This document shows, in pieces, positions 9,643-18,434 of a stretch of DNA of 48,097 nucleotides. The DNA comes from Planctomycetota bacterium (GTDB lineage: Bacteria; Planctomycetota; Phycisphaerae; SM23-33). The stretch is taken from contig JAXIHJ010000013.1 in the NCBI GenBank assembly GCA_034189755.1, positions 1 to 48,097 on the forward strand. The letters are read 5' to 3'. The translations under genes were made by a program, and so were the position numbers. Positions within the stretch are counted from its first letter, which is position 1, and the number at the start of each line of letters is the position of its first letter. The notes below the pieces were generated by a model. That model saw nothing but the letters and a program-made list of their open reading frames with translations, ran no database searches and was not told the DNA's origin.

Positions 9643-9739
9643 CTAGCCGCGACCGGAAGGGAGCGGACAAATGCCGATAACCGGCGGAATCCCGCTCCCT
9701 GCCGTCCTGTGGTGAGCTTTGTCGAACCATCGCGGCTAG
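9643..9739. repeat. Mosaic palindromic intergenic repeat, copy B (c'-a' then a-b-c; long hairpin)
   Basis: The left half is CTAGCCGCGACCGGAAGGGAGCGG (9643-9666). After a 24-nt spacer comes CCCGCTCCCTGCCG TCCTGTGGTGAGCTTTGTCGAACCAT CGCGGCTAG (9691-9739). The a-b-c part is near-identical to 47087-47135. Confidence 0.8.
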
Positions 9740-9804
9740 CAGGAGATGAACCGGGTACTATTGACTGAGAGTCGGTATAATGCCGCGTAACAGGAGTCGT
9801 TAAA

Positions 9805-10806
9805 ATGGAACGAAATACAAAACGCTGGGTTTTAGGGGTTGTCGTTGTCATCGCTGTCCTGCTGGTATGGTACTTCTGGCCGGGCGGCGGCCAGACGCCG
9901 GGCGACGGCAAAACCGCCGCAACCCGGTCCGCCCCCCCTGGCGGCGCAGCCGGCCCGGCCGTCAAACCCGCCGAGACGCAACCGGTCGAAGCCAGCCCAC
10001 AAACCGAAGCCGTCAATACATACCGGCAGGGACTTACGCTCCTGGTGAAAGCGAATAAACCCATCGACGGGCGAACGAAACTTTCAGAGGCGATGTTGAG
10101 CGGCGAACTGGACCCTGACCGGGTCGAGAGGGCAAGATTGCTGCTGCAAGACCTGGCCGACCGGATGATTCTCTCGGGGCGTCTCTACGACGCCGACCCG
10201 TATACGTTCGCTTACACGTTCCAGGCCCGCGAGGTGCTGGCCGGCAGGAACGGCGTCGAGCGAAGGCTGGGCCTGCACGTCCCGGCGCAGCTTATCCTGA
10301 AGGTCAACGGCATCGCCGACGCGACGAAGATCCGTGCCGGCCAAACCCTAAAGATGATCCGCGGGCCGTTCCACGCCGTCGTCACAAAGAAAGACTTCAC
10401 GCTCGATTTATACCTGCATCGCGGCGAGCTGCCGAAAATTTTCATCAGGCGGTTGAAGGTGGGCCTGGGCAAAAACGGCTCGACGCCGGTGGGCATGTGG
10501 CGAGTGGCGCTGGGCAAGAAGATGGTCCGCGCGCCGTGGAATCCGCCGCCGAACTCGCCAATCAAACGCAAGATGCTATGGGGCGAGCCGGACTACCCGC
10601 TTGGGAAGATGGGCTACTGGATCAGCATGGAGGGCATCGACGACAATACGCGCGGGCAGGAAGGCTACGGCATACACGGCACGAACTCGCCTGAAAGCAT
10701 AGGGCGGGCCGAGTCGCTGGGCTGCATCCGCCTGGCCGACGACGACATCGAACTTGTCTACTCCACGCTCTACGAAAAATGGAGCACCGTTGAGATCAGG
10801 CCGTAA
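9805..10806 (+). CDS. L,D-transpeptidase with LysM domain (YkuD family)
   Basis: 333-aa ORF with N-terminal TM/signal anchor (WVLGVVVVIAVLLVWYFW) and a LysM-like LILKVNGIADATKIRAGQTLKMI. The YkuD catalytic motif GIHGTNSPESIGRAESLGCIRLADDD (His/Cys) is present. AGGAG RBS lies upstream. Confidence 0.85.
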   Translation: MERNTKRWVLGVVVVIAVLLVWYFWPGGGQTPGDGKTAATRSAPPGGAAGPAVKPAETQPVEASPQTEAVNTYRQGLTLLVKANKPIDGRTKLSEAMLSGELDPDRVERARLLLQDLADRMILSGRLYDADPYTFAYTFQAREVLAGRNGVERRLGLHVPAQLILKVNGIADATKIRAGQTLKMIRGPFHAVVTKKDFTLDLYLHRGELPKIFIRRLKVGLGKNGSTPVGMWRVALGKKMVRAPWNPPPNSPIKRKMLWGEPDYPLGKMGYWISMEGIDDNTRGQEGYGIHGTNSPESIGRAESLGCIRLADDDIELVYSTLYEKWSTVEIRP

Positions 10807-10830
10807 GCATCGCCGATTGCGAACCCGAAA

Positions 10831-13800
10831 TTAATTTTTCCTGCTTCCGCCGAGCAGGCTGAGCCGCCCGCCGCCGACGCGGACTTCGGGGATGCCCTCC
10901 GGCCAGAACGTCAGCAGCATCGTCAGCTCGTCGTCCGTCGCATCGTACTCAAAGGTAAAGGCGACGTACCATCGCGGCAGCTTACGGGTAAGCGTGATAG
11001 AAGTAGCGAGGTTCCGCCCGCCGTCGTAGTCGAAATCATACTGCTCGAAGACGCTCAGCGAGTATTTTCGGCTGATCTTGTAATTGAAGCCCACAGTGTT
11101 GATTAGTGAATCAGGCTTGTCGTATCGAAAACCGGTAGGCGAGAACCTGTCGCGGACCAACACCCTGCCGAATCGAAGGTATCGCATGCCGAGATAGTAT
11201 CTCAGTCGCGGGTCGCGCCGGACGGCCAGGCCTATATTCGCCCGTGTCAGCTCGCCCCGGCCGAAGTCGTAGTTGCCGTCGGTCATCAGCGTCGTGGAGT
11301 CTGAAATGTTCCAGGTGTACTCGAGGTTAAGGTAGTCCCGGCCCGTGCCGTACTCCGGCCTGGAGGAGAAAGACCGCCCCAGTCTCGGCCGCATAAAGAA
11401 CAGCTCGTTCGCTCCGGGAATGTGGAAGGGAACTATCTGCCCCGGCACCTTACCCATCGGGTCGGCCCCGCTGTCGGATATGCCAAGCACCATGTTCAGA
11501 CGCATCCAGTCCACCGTGTGCTGTTTGCCGGGTTGGCCCCGTTTGGTCTGCAACCGCTGATAAATGGCGAAGGTCGCGGCATTCTGGCGGCGCAGGTGTG
11601 TTTCAATACCAGGTTCCAACGGGTAGATCTCCAGCGCCTGAACGCCGCCCGTATCGGACATAAACGCCGTTATTTCGGGCGTAATGATGTGTTTGAGACG
11701 ATGGATGTTCCACAGCCGGCTCTGGACATTGTTGTACAGTCGCCAGAAATGGGTGTTCGCCTTGATACCGATCTGCCCATATGGCCGGCACCTCTGGCCG
11801 TTGCTGGATATCGACCGTGGCGGATCGATAGTGCTAAAGCGCCGGTCGTAAGTGTCGCACCAGTAGGTGGCCCGGCCTACGACGAACGGCACGAGGTTGA
11901 CCGGCCCGGCGTGAATCGGCCAGTTAAGCTCATTTCGGGTATCCAGCCTGCCGAACACCTCGCTGGTCGGATCCAGCCAGGGAGCTACCCGCCTGGCGCC
12001 GGAGGCAAGCACATCATCCGGCCGCCATCGCTTCAGGCCCGCATGCGATTCCTGGAAGAACATCAGCCGGTCCGCCCACAGAGGTTCGCCGAGAAGATGG
12101 AAACCAAAATCAGGCAACGATTCGGTCTGCGTCATGAAGCGGTTGATGCGGTACTGCAATAACGTGGTGAAGGCCCAGTTGTCCCGCTGCTTCTTGGCGT
12201 AAACAAGCGTTTCCTGCTCCTTGCCGGCGAAGAATTCGTTGCGGAAGTACTCTTCCAGGAAGTTGCGGTCGCAGACGTAGCTCAACTCAAACTGCAACTG
12301 CCAGTCGTTGGGCAGAAAGTGCTTGTGCCTCGCAAGTATGCGTCCGCGGGTGTCGGGCGCGGGAACGTTCTCCCGCTCGTCGCCGAAGTCGTCGCTGCGG
12401 GCGCGGTCCAGCACGCCGTAGGCCAGAAAGTAGCCGGTGTAGTCGTTGCCCCGAAGGTCGCGCCTGGCGTAATTAATGTCCACGCCGGCCATGACCCGCT
12501 TCTCGTAGTAATTCATGTCAAAGATGCCGCGGACACCTTCAGGCTTCAACAGCCCCAGCAGGCGGAACAAGTGCCACTCGGTCTCCACGCCCCAGCCGAA
12601 CCGTCCATGCTTGCCGGCCTGCACTCTTCGAATGGCCGTGTGCTCCCGAGTGAAGTCCTCCTGGGTCCGAGGCCAGTAGAAAATCGGCAGCCCGCGAACG
12701 TTGAAGGTGGTATGCTTCATCTTCGCGTGCCAGGTCTGTCGGCCTATGCGAACTTCCCTCTCATCATAAGGGGTTCTGTCCTCCAGGTGGACCTGCTTGG
12801 ACCCGAAATGGTAGCTGGGTGTATAAAAATCGCTCGTGGAGACCTTTGCGTCCTTGAACCACATCTCGCTGGCCGACAGTGTCCGGGCCTGTCTGGCCCG
12901 GATGTAGATGGGAATGTTGCGATGCTGTTGAACGGTGCGGAAGACCGCCTCGACCATGATGGCCCGGTCGGTGGTAAAATCGTAGTAGCAGCTCGGACCA
13001 CGCATGTACCGCTCGCCCCGGGCCAAGACCACGTCCCCCTCGAGATAGACACCGACAATCGTCTCGCGCTGGCCCGATGCCAACGGGATCGAAGCCTGGC
13101 GAGCCTTCGGCGCCAGCGGGAAGCGAGTTTTCTTTTCCGCAATGCCTTTCTCGCTGAATACCACAGCCGACTGGCTGCGGAGTTCCAGGAACAGGTCGCT
13201 GTCCGGCGAACCCTGGGAAAGATACACATTGCCGCGTGCGATGGTGATGCGGCGTGTCTTGCTGAGTTCCTGCGATACGAAGCGGTCCGCCCGGAACGTT
13301 ACAGTGCGGACGGTCGGCTGTACTGGCCGCTTGGCCCGAGGCTTGGCTGCCGGCTTGGCCGGTGATGCCTCGGCGGGCGTTTTTTTCACCGTGGCCGCAG
13401 GCTTACGCGGCGCCGGCACAGGACGCTTTACAGGCGCGGCTTCCTTCGCCTTGGCGGGCCGGCTGACGATTACCAGCGGCGGTGCGGGGTGTCGAACCGG
13501 TTGCTTGCCGGCTGAGGACCGGCCCGAAGCCTTCCGCCGGGCAGCCAACGCGCGCTTATACAGCGGGAAATCACTCAGCGGTCGTTTGGATACGGCCCCG
13601 GCGACAGTCAGGCGGCCGGCCTGACGCAACGTAACCAGCATAACGTGGTCCTGCGTGGTCTGGCCGCCGGGTTCGACGACCTTCGCCCGGCCTTCGACGT
13701 ACACGGTCAAATCGTGGCGGACGGTTTGGCCTACCTTGGAGGCCCGAACCCAAATGACGGCGTCCCGGCCGAACACAACGCGGTCGCCGGCTGTCAGCTT

Positions 13801-13998
13801 GAAGTCCCCCAGAACCAACGTAACCTGCCTGCCGGCGTCGGAGAAAAAATATATCGCCTTTCCTGTAATCTTGGCGTCGTCGAGTATGGCTTCCGCGTCG
13901 GCGGCATGCGCGCACGGCAAGGCCAGAAACGCACACGCCATGACTGCCGCAATCAGGCTGTCTGTACGACACGGTCTGCCGTCCAAAGTTTCTTTCAT
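10831..13998 (-). CDS. lptD: LPS-assembly outer-membrane protein LptD-like (long form)
   Basis: Start chosen at ATG 13998 (MKETLDGRPCRTDSLIAAVMACAFLALPCAHAADA, a signal peptide). It has OstA-like strands (ITIARGNVYLSQG, YLEGDVVLARGERYMRGPSCYYDFTTDRAIM). The LptD-type junction TSDFYTPSYHFGSKQVHL...VRGLPIFYWP is followed by a long aromatic-rich beta-barrel-like C-terminus. Confidence 0.7.
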   Translation of the reverse strand: MKETLDGRPCRTDSLIAAVMACAFLALPCAHAADAEAILDDAKITGKAIYFFSDAGRQVTLVLGDFKLTAGDRVVFGRDAVIWVRASKVGQTVRHDLTVYVEGRAKVVEPGGQTTQDHVMLVTLRQAGRLTVAGAVSKRPLSDFPLYKRALAARRKASGRSSAGKQPVRHPAPPLVIVSRPAKAKEAAPVKRPVPAPRKPAATVKKTPAEASPAKPAAKPRAKRPVQPTVRTVTFRADRFVSQELSKTRRITIARGNVYLSQGSPDSDLFLELRSQSAVVFSEKGIAEKKTRFPLAPKARQASIPLASGQRETIVGVYLEGDVVLARGERYMRGPSCYYDFTTDRAIMVEAVFRTVQQHRNIPIYIRARQARTLSASEMWFKDAKVSTSDFYTPSYHFGSKQVHLEDRTPYDEREVRIGRQTWHAKMKHTTFNVRGLPIFYWPRTQEDFTREHTAIRRVQAGKHGRFGWGVETEWHLFRLLGLLKPEGVRGIFDMNYYEKRVMAGVDINYARRDLRGNDYTGYFLAYGVLDRARSDDFGDERENVPAPDTRGRILARHKHFLPNDWQLQFELSYVCDRNFLEEYFRNEFFAGKEQETLVYAKKQRDNWAFTTLLQYRINRFMTQTESLPDFGFHLLGEPLWADRLMFFQESHAGLKRWRPDDVLASGARRVAPWLDPTSEVFGRLDTRNELNWPIHAGPVNLVPFVVGRATYWCDTYDRRFSTIDPPRSISSNGQRCRPYGQIGIKANTHFWRLYNNVQSRLWNIHRLKHIITPEITAFMSDTGGVQALEIYPLEPGIETHLRRQNAATFAIYQRLQTKRGQPGKQHTVDWMRLNMVLGISDSGADPMGKVPGQIVPFHIPGANELFFMRPRLGRSFSSRPEYGTGRDYLNLEYTWNISDSTTLMTDGNYDFGRGELTRANIGLAVRRDPRLRYYLGMRYLRFGRVLVRDRFSPTGFRYDKPDSLINTVGFNYKISRKYSLSVFEQYDFDYDGGRNLATSITLTRKLPRWYVAFTFEYDATDDELTMLLTFWPEGIPEVRVGGGRLSLLGGSRKN

Positions 13999-14183
13999 CA
14001 CCGATCCCACAGGGGTTTCATGCCGCTCCAACGCGGGCGCGATTATAAGAGTCCGGCAAACCAAGTCAAACGTCCATTTTGGCGCCGCCCACCGAAGCTT
14101 ACCTTGCCGTGGTGGTAAGCCGTTCAGCCTCAAGGGGCACATCCGCGGCGGTGCGGAGCGGGCGGCCGGTGTTGAGGCTTGTT

Positions 14184-16604
14184 CTACTGCCCTTTCAGCC
14201 AAGTTTCGATCTGCTTGATGCGGTCGGCCCTGGCCGAAGCAGGGTCGTAACCGGTGAGGTTGGGAGCGAGCTGGCTGAGCAAGGCGAGGATGGCCTTTTC
14301 GGCCTTTTCCGTATCGGCATCAGGCTTTTCTTCGTCGGCCAAGAGTTTTTTCATCTCTTCCAGCAGCGGGACGACGGCACGGTCGGACATGGCCTGCAAT
14401 TGCTTTTCGGCGGCATCACGTGCGGATTCCTCAGCGCCCAGGAGTTGCCCGACAAGGCCTGCGACCTTCCGGCGGTCGGCAGCCGCCTGCTCCGAGCGGC
14501 TGTGGGCCAGCAGCTTCTCCAGCTCAGTGCGATGCCGGACGGTAAGCCGCTGCGACAACTGATCGATCGCAGCCTGCGCCAGCAGAATCACGGGCGAGAA
14601 CTTTAACTCGCCGGCCAGGACCTTCAGCCGGGCATTGAGCCGTTTCAGCGCCTCGACAAAAAGCTCGTCGGTAACATTCTCATCGGCCATGGCCTTGACC
14701 GCGGCGGGATCGGCGGCAGCCAGAAGCGCATCGATCCATTCAATCCACGCACGGTCGGCCCGGATGCTTTTGGCCGCCGCCAGCAGTTTATGGGCCTCTG
14801 CAAGGTACGGCGCTGCCTCTGCGGGCCTGCCCGCCTTCACCAGCGCCCGGCCGAGGGCTTGCTGTCTGGCCGGCAGGTCGGCTGACTTCTCGGTCTTCAG
14901 CAATTCCACAAGCATCTGCAAAACTTTGATTCGCTGCGCGTCGGCGTCGGCGCGATCGGCCAGGCTGTCGGCCACAGAACCAAGCGTCCCGGCGTCGGCC
15001 TTGGCAAGGACGTCCATGGCCACGTCCCATGCCTGCTGACGCACGGCGGCGTCGCGCTCCATCGCCGGGTCGGTACGCTGAAGGATGCTCTGCAAATGTT
15101 CCTGGCCGTCAAGTGTGCCCAGCGCCGCTATGGCCGCCTGCCTGACGCCGCGGTCCGGGTCGGCCACCAGAGGCCGGATGATCGCCGCCGACCGGGCCTG
15201 CCCAATCCTGGCCAGGGCGTTTACCGCAGCCAGGCGGACCGTCGCTGAAGGCTTTTTTGCGGCGCCTTCCAGCGCGGCGATAAAGTCCTTGTCGCCGACA
15301 ACGCCCATGGCGGTCAGAAGCGCCTCCCGCAGCGCTGCGACCGGGTCGGGTTCCGCCACCTGGCCGGCCCGGGCGTACCTGCCCAGCAGGGCCTTGACGG
15401 CTGAATCATGCTGGTCGTCGTCAAGCGGCTGGGCGGCGGCGATGCGCGACAGGGCGGCGGCAGCGGCGGCGGCTACGATTTCAGAGTCCGATTCTATCTC
15501 CGCCAGCACCGACGGCAGTGCCAGCGGGTCGTGCAACTGCCCCAGCGCCCTCAACAGCTCGGCCCGCACCTCGGGCGACTTCTCAACTTTCAGCCGGCCC
15601 AGCAGTTCCACGGCGGCCTCGGCGTAGCCCAGATTTGCAACTAAAAGCGCCGCCTGGCTGCGCACGGAAGCGTTGCCGTCGCGGAGCATCGCGACAATCT
15701 GTTTCCTCATTTCGGCAGGAATCTCATCGCCGCCGGCGATCATGCGGTCAGCCAGTTTAGCGCCGACCAGGCGCACGTCGGCCAGCGGGTCTTTCAAAAA
15801 TGTAATCACCATCGCCTCGCGCTGGTCGGCGGGCGTGGCGGCGTACAGGTCGCGCATGGCCTGGGCCAGGCGATCACGCAGCCGAATGTTGTCGGTTTCC
15901 AGCCCGGCCTTGGCGCGCGCGAGGTTGTCGGCAAGATCGGCCAGCCATTCGGAGCGGTCCTTGTTCTTGTTCCGCTGCCACCATCGCTTCCACCTCATGC
16001 GGTCGACGCCGAAGGCGCGAATATTCGTGAGCTTCGCCAGGGCCTGGCAGGATGTGTTTTGAACGACCCGGTCGGGATCGTCAAGCAGGCGCACCAGGGC
16101 ATCCACCACGCGCTTATCCAGTATGCGATGCAGCGACTCTATTGTTACAAGACGAACCGCCCGTTCGTGCCAGCGGTCACAGGCGATAGCAATAAGCTTC
16201 TTGGTTACGCCGTGGTCCTTATAAGTTGCCAATGCCCTGCCGGCCGGTGCGCGAACGGAATCTTCCCGCCCCGTAAGCATTGCCGTCAGCGGCTCGATGA
16301 AGATAGGTCCGCCGCCATGAAGAGTGATAGCATCGGCGACAGCCACCTGGGCCTGGCGGTTGGATGAATCTTCCAGGAAACCCCTCAGCACCTTGGCGGC
16401 TTCGGGATAGCTGCGGCTCAACAGCAGTTCAGCCGCCTCGATTTTGGTCTTGGAGTCGCGGGCGGGGTCGGCAAGCTGGCCGATGAGCGTTTTAAGCTCC
16501 ATTTCTTCGGCAGGCATCAGTGGCGGCGGCTTAGGCCTGCATCCACCAATGCACGCCAAAAAGCACATAACGATCGCCGGAATTGCTCGTCTCAGGGTCT
16601 TCAC
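14184..16604 (-). CDS. HEAT-repeat protein, probable lipoprotein
   Basis: 806-aa ORF with a GTG start. The N-terminus KTLRRAIPAIVMCFLACIGGC is a signal peptide with a lipobox-like Cys. The body is Ala/Leu-rich with recurring HEAT-type units (D.DR.VR..A..ALG, e.g. DPDRGVRQAAIAALGTL, DPDRVVQNTSCQALAKL). Confidence 0.7.
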   Translation of the reverse strand: MKTLRRAIPAIVMCFLACIGGCRPKPPPLMPAEEMELKTLIGQLADPARDSKTKIEAAELLLSRSYPEAAKVLRGFLEDSSNRQAQVAVADAITLHGGGPIFIEPLTAMLTGREDSVRAPAGRALATYKDHGVTKKLIAIACDRWHERAVRLVTIESLHRILDKRVVDALVRLLDDPDRVVQNTSCQALAKLTNIRAFGVDRMRWKRWWQRNKNKDRSEWLADLADNLARAKAGLETDNIRLRDRLAQAMRDLYAATPADQREAMVITFLKDPLADVRLVGAKLADRMIAGGDEIPAEMRKQIVAMLRDGNASVRSQAALLVANLGYAEAAVELLGRLKVEKSPEVRAELLRALGQLHDPLALPSVLAEIESDSEIVAAAAAAALSRIAAAQPLDDDQHDSAVKALLGRYARAGQVAEPDPVAALREALLTAMGVVGDKDFIAALEGAAKKPSATVRLAAVNALARIGQARSAAIIRPLVADPDRGVRQAAIAALGTLDGQEHLQSILQRTDPAMERDAAVRQQAWDVAMDVLAKADAGTLGSVADSLADRADADAQRIKVLQMLVELLKTEKSADLPARQQALGRALVKAGRPAEAAPYLAEAHKLLAAAKSIRADRAWIEWIDALLAAADPAAVKAMADENVTDELFVEALKRLNARLKVLAGELKFSPVILLAQAAIDQLSQRLTVRHRTELEKLLAHSRSEQAAADRRKVAGLVGQLLGAEESARDAAEKQLQAMSDRAVVPLLEEMKKLLADEEKPDADTEKAEKAILALLSQLAPNLTGYDPASARADRIKQIETWLKGQ

Positions 16605-16726
16605 CTTGCCGTCTTTACCTGTTTAGCCATAACCTACCGACTGTCGCCCTGCCGGTCAAGTGCGCCGCGCGGTTTAGGTGTATTAAAACTTTGGTAAACA
16701 GGACACGCCGTCGAAGTAAACGGCGA

Positions 16727-16805
16727 CCGCTCGCTTTGCGCTCGCGGCTAGTACCGTTGATCGTACGTGGCGCATCCATACTAGCCGCGAGTGGAAGGGA
16801 GCGGG
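16727..16805. repeat. Mosaic palindromic intergenic repeat, copy C (a-c-d-c'-a')
   Basis: CCGCTCGCTTTGCG CTCGCGGCTAGTACCGTTGA-N21-ACTAGCCGCGAG TGGAAGGGAGCGGG. The CGCGGCTAGTACCGTTGA...ACTAGCCGCGAG core matches 47127-47175. Confidence 0.8.
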
Positions 16806-16886
16806 CGGGTTCATCGTCCCCACACCGGCACAAAAGGGCGGCAGTACCCCGTTGCATTGTGCCGGCGCATTGGTAGGATACCTCAC

Positions 16887-17969
16887 ATGGCGGACAAATC
16901 CTCCGGCAAGCCGATTACGTACAAAGACGCCGGCGTTGACATCGAAGCCGGCGAAAAACTGGTATCGCAAATCAAGCCGCTGGTAAAGCGGACGTTTACA
17001 CCTCGCGTGGTCGAGTCCTACGGCGGTTTCGCCGGATTGTTTCAGTTGGACTACGACCAGAAGCTGCTCAAGCGCAACTACCGCAAGCCTGTCCTTGTCG
17101 GCTGCACCGACGGCGTCGGCACGAAACTAAAGGTCGCCTTTGCCACCGGCCAGCTGGAGACGATCGGCATCGACCTGGTCGCGATGAACGTCAACGATCT
17201 GGTCTGCTGCGGCGCTGAGCCGCTGTTCTTTTTGGACTATCTCGCCGTCGGCAAGCTCCGGCCTGATCGGATGGCTCAGATCATAAAGGGCATATCAGAC
17301 GGCTGCCTTCAGGCCGGTTGCGCGCTGCTTGGCGGCGAGACGGCCGAGATGCCCGATTTTTACAAGCCAAGGGAGTTCGACATGGCCGGCTTCGCCGTCG
17401 GCCTGGTCGAGCGGTCGCGTATAATCGACGGGTCAAACGCCCAGGCCGGAGACGTAGCCATCGCATTGGCCTGCGACGGGCTGCATTCCAACGGCTACGG
17501 CCTGGCGCGGCGGGTGCTGCTGGGGCCCAGGGGCTACCAACTCGGCGACCGCCCGCCCGAGCTGGAGGGCGCAAGCGTCGGCGAGGAACTGCTGAAGCCA
17601 ACGCGAATTTACGTCAGGCCTATTCTTCACGCCGTCGGGCAATACAAGGTCAAACGCGTCATAAGGGCGATGGCGCACATCACCGGCGGCGGGCTTCCGG
17701 GCAATCTGCCGCGCGTCCTGCCGGAGGGGTTGACCGTCCGCATAAAGCGCGGCTCCTGGCCGGTGCCGCCTGTCTTCAAACTCATCGCCGCCAGGGGGCC
17801 GGTGGACGACATAGAGATGATGCGCGTCTTCAACATGGGCGTCGGCTTCGTGATGATTGTCGCGCCGGACTTCGCACAGGCGATCATTAACCGCCTGCGG
17901 AAGATGGGCGAGCGATGCTGGCGGCTTGGCAAGGTCTGCAAGGGCGGACCGGAAATCATGTGGGCCTAG
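16887..17969 (+). CDS. purM: Phosphoribosylformylglycinamidine cyclo-ligase (AIR synthetase)
   Basis: ATG at 16887 gives MADKSSGKPITYKDAGVDIEAGEKLV...GFAGLF...DGVGTKLK, typical of PurM. The upstream part of the ORF-track frame (16791-16886) overlaps a repeat and is rejected. Confidence 0.95.
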   Translation: MADKSSGKPITYKDAGVDIEAGEKLVSQIKPLVKRTFTPRVVESYGGFAGLFQLDYDQKLLKRNYRKPVLVGCTDGVGTKLKVAFATGQLETIGIDLVAMNVNDLVCCGAEPLFFLDYLAVGKLRPDRMAQIIKGISDGCLQAGCALLGGETAEMPDFYKPREFDMAGFAVGLVERSRIIDGSNAQAGDVAIALACDGLHSNGYGLARRVLLGPRGYQLGDRPPELEGASVGEELLKPTRIYVRPILHAVGQYKVKRVIRAMAHITGGGLPGNLPRVLPEGLTVRIKRGSWPVPPVFKLIAARGPVDDIEMMRVFNMGVGFVMIVAPDFAQAIINRLRKMGERCWRLGKVCKGGPEIMWA

Positions 17970-18370
17970 TGCCCAGTTACGGCCACAACGACCCGCCGCG
18001 TGCGCGGGCCGTCAAACTCGCAGAAGAATATCGCCTGCCACGTTCCAAGAGTCATCCGCCCGCCGCGAACGGGCACGGCCGCCGAACAGCCGACCATCGA
18101 ACTCTTGGTGTGCGCGGCGGAGTTGCCCTCCCCGTGCCGGTAGAACCCCTGCCGCCACGGCACGGCCTTATCAAGTGCAGCCAGCACGTCGTGCACGACG
18201 TCCGGGTCGGCGTTTTCGTTGATCGTCACGCCGGCTGTAGTGTGCGGAACGTACACGGTAACCACGCCGTCGCGGACGGCTGAATCGGTAACCGCCTCCT
18301 GCACGCGCACGGTTATGTCGATCATCTCATCACGATTGTGCGTTTTTACGTCAAATACAGTCGTGTACAT
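17966..18370 (-). CDS. yjbQ: YjbQ/UPF0047 family protein (secondary thiamine-phosphate synthase-like)
   Basis: ...DITVRVQEAV...GVVTVYVPHTTAGVTINENADPDVVHDV...EGNSAAHTKSSMVG...LGTWQAIFFCEFDGPR, the conserved YjbQ pattern. The start is uncertain: ATG at 18370, 18382 or 18406. Its stop overlaps the purM stop within CTAG (17966-17969). Confidence 0.8.
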   Translation of the reverse strand: MYTTVFDVKTHNRDEMIDITVRVQEAVTDSAVRDGVVTVYVPHTTAGVTINENADPDVVHDVLAALDKAVPWRQGFYRHGEGNSAAHTKSSMVGCSAAVPVRGGRMTLGTWQAIFFCEFDGPRTRRVVVAVTGH

Positions 18371-18434
18371 GGAGATATGCATACACGATTGAAAAGCCGC
18401 TTGCAACCGTTACACGCAACGCGCGATAATCGCC

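Noticed and set aside
13999-14202. N-terminal extensions implied by the longest ORFs. Cases: LptD-like 13999-14202, pepP 38792-39214, MTHFS 8640-9041, eboE 22582-22875, purM 16791-16886, eboF 20253-20351, eboC 19198-19278, nusG 2973-3023, rpsB 27494-27550.
   Set aside because: Each extension overlaps a neighbouring gene, a repeat element or a terminator. Each is followed by an internal start that gives the conserved family N-terminus or a proper signal peptide.
17966-18406. YjbQ-family gene as the missing eboA.
   Set aside because: It is on the opposite strand and has the clear UPF0047/YjbQ motif set (HTTAGVTINE, GNSAAH). It has no resemblance to what an ebo-specific protein would need beyond adjacency.
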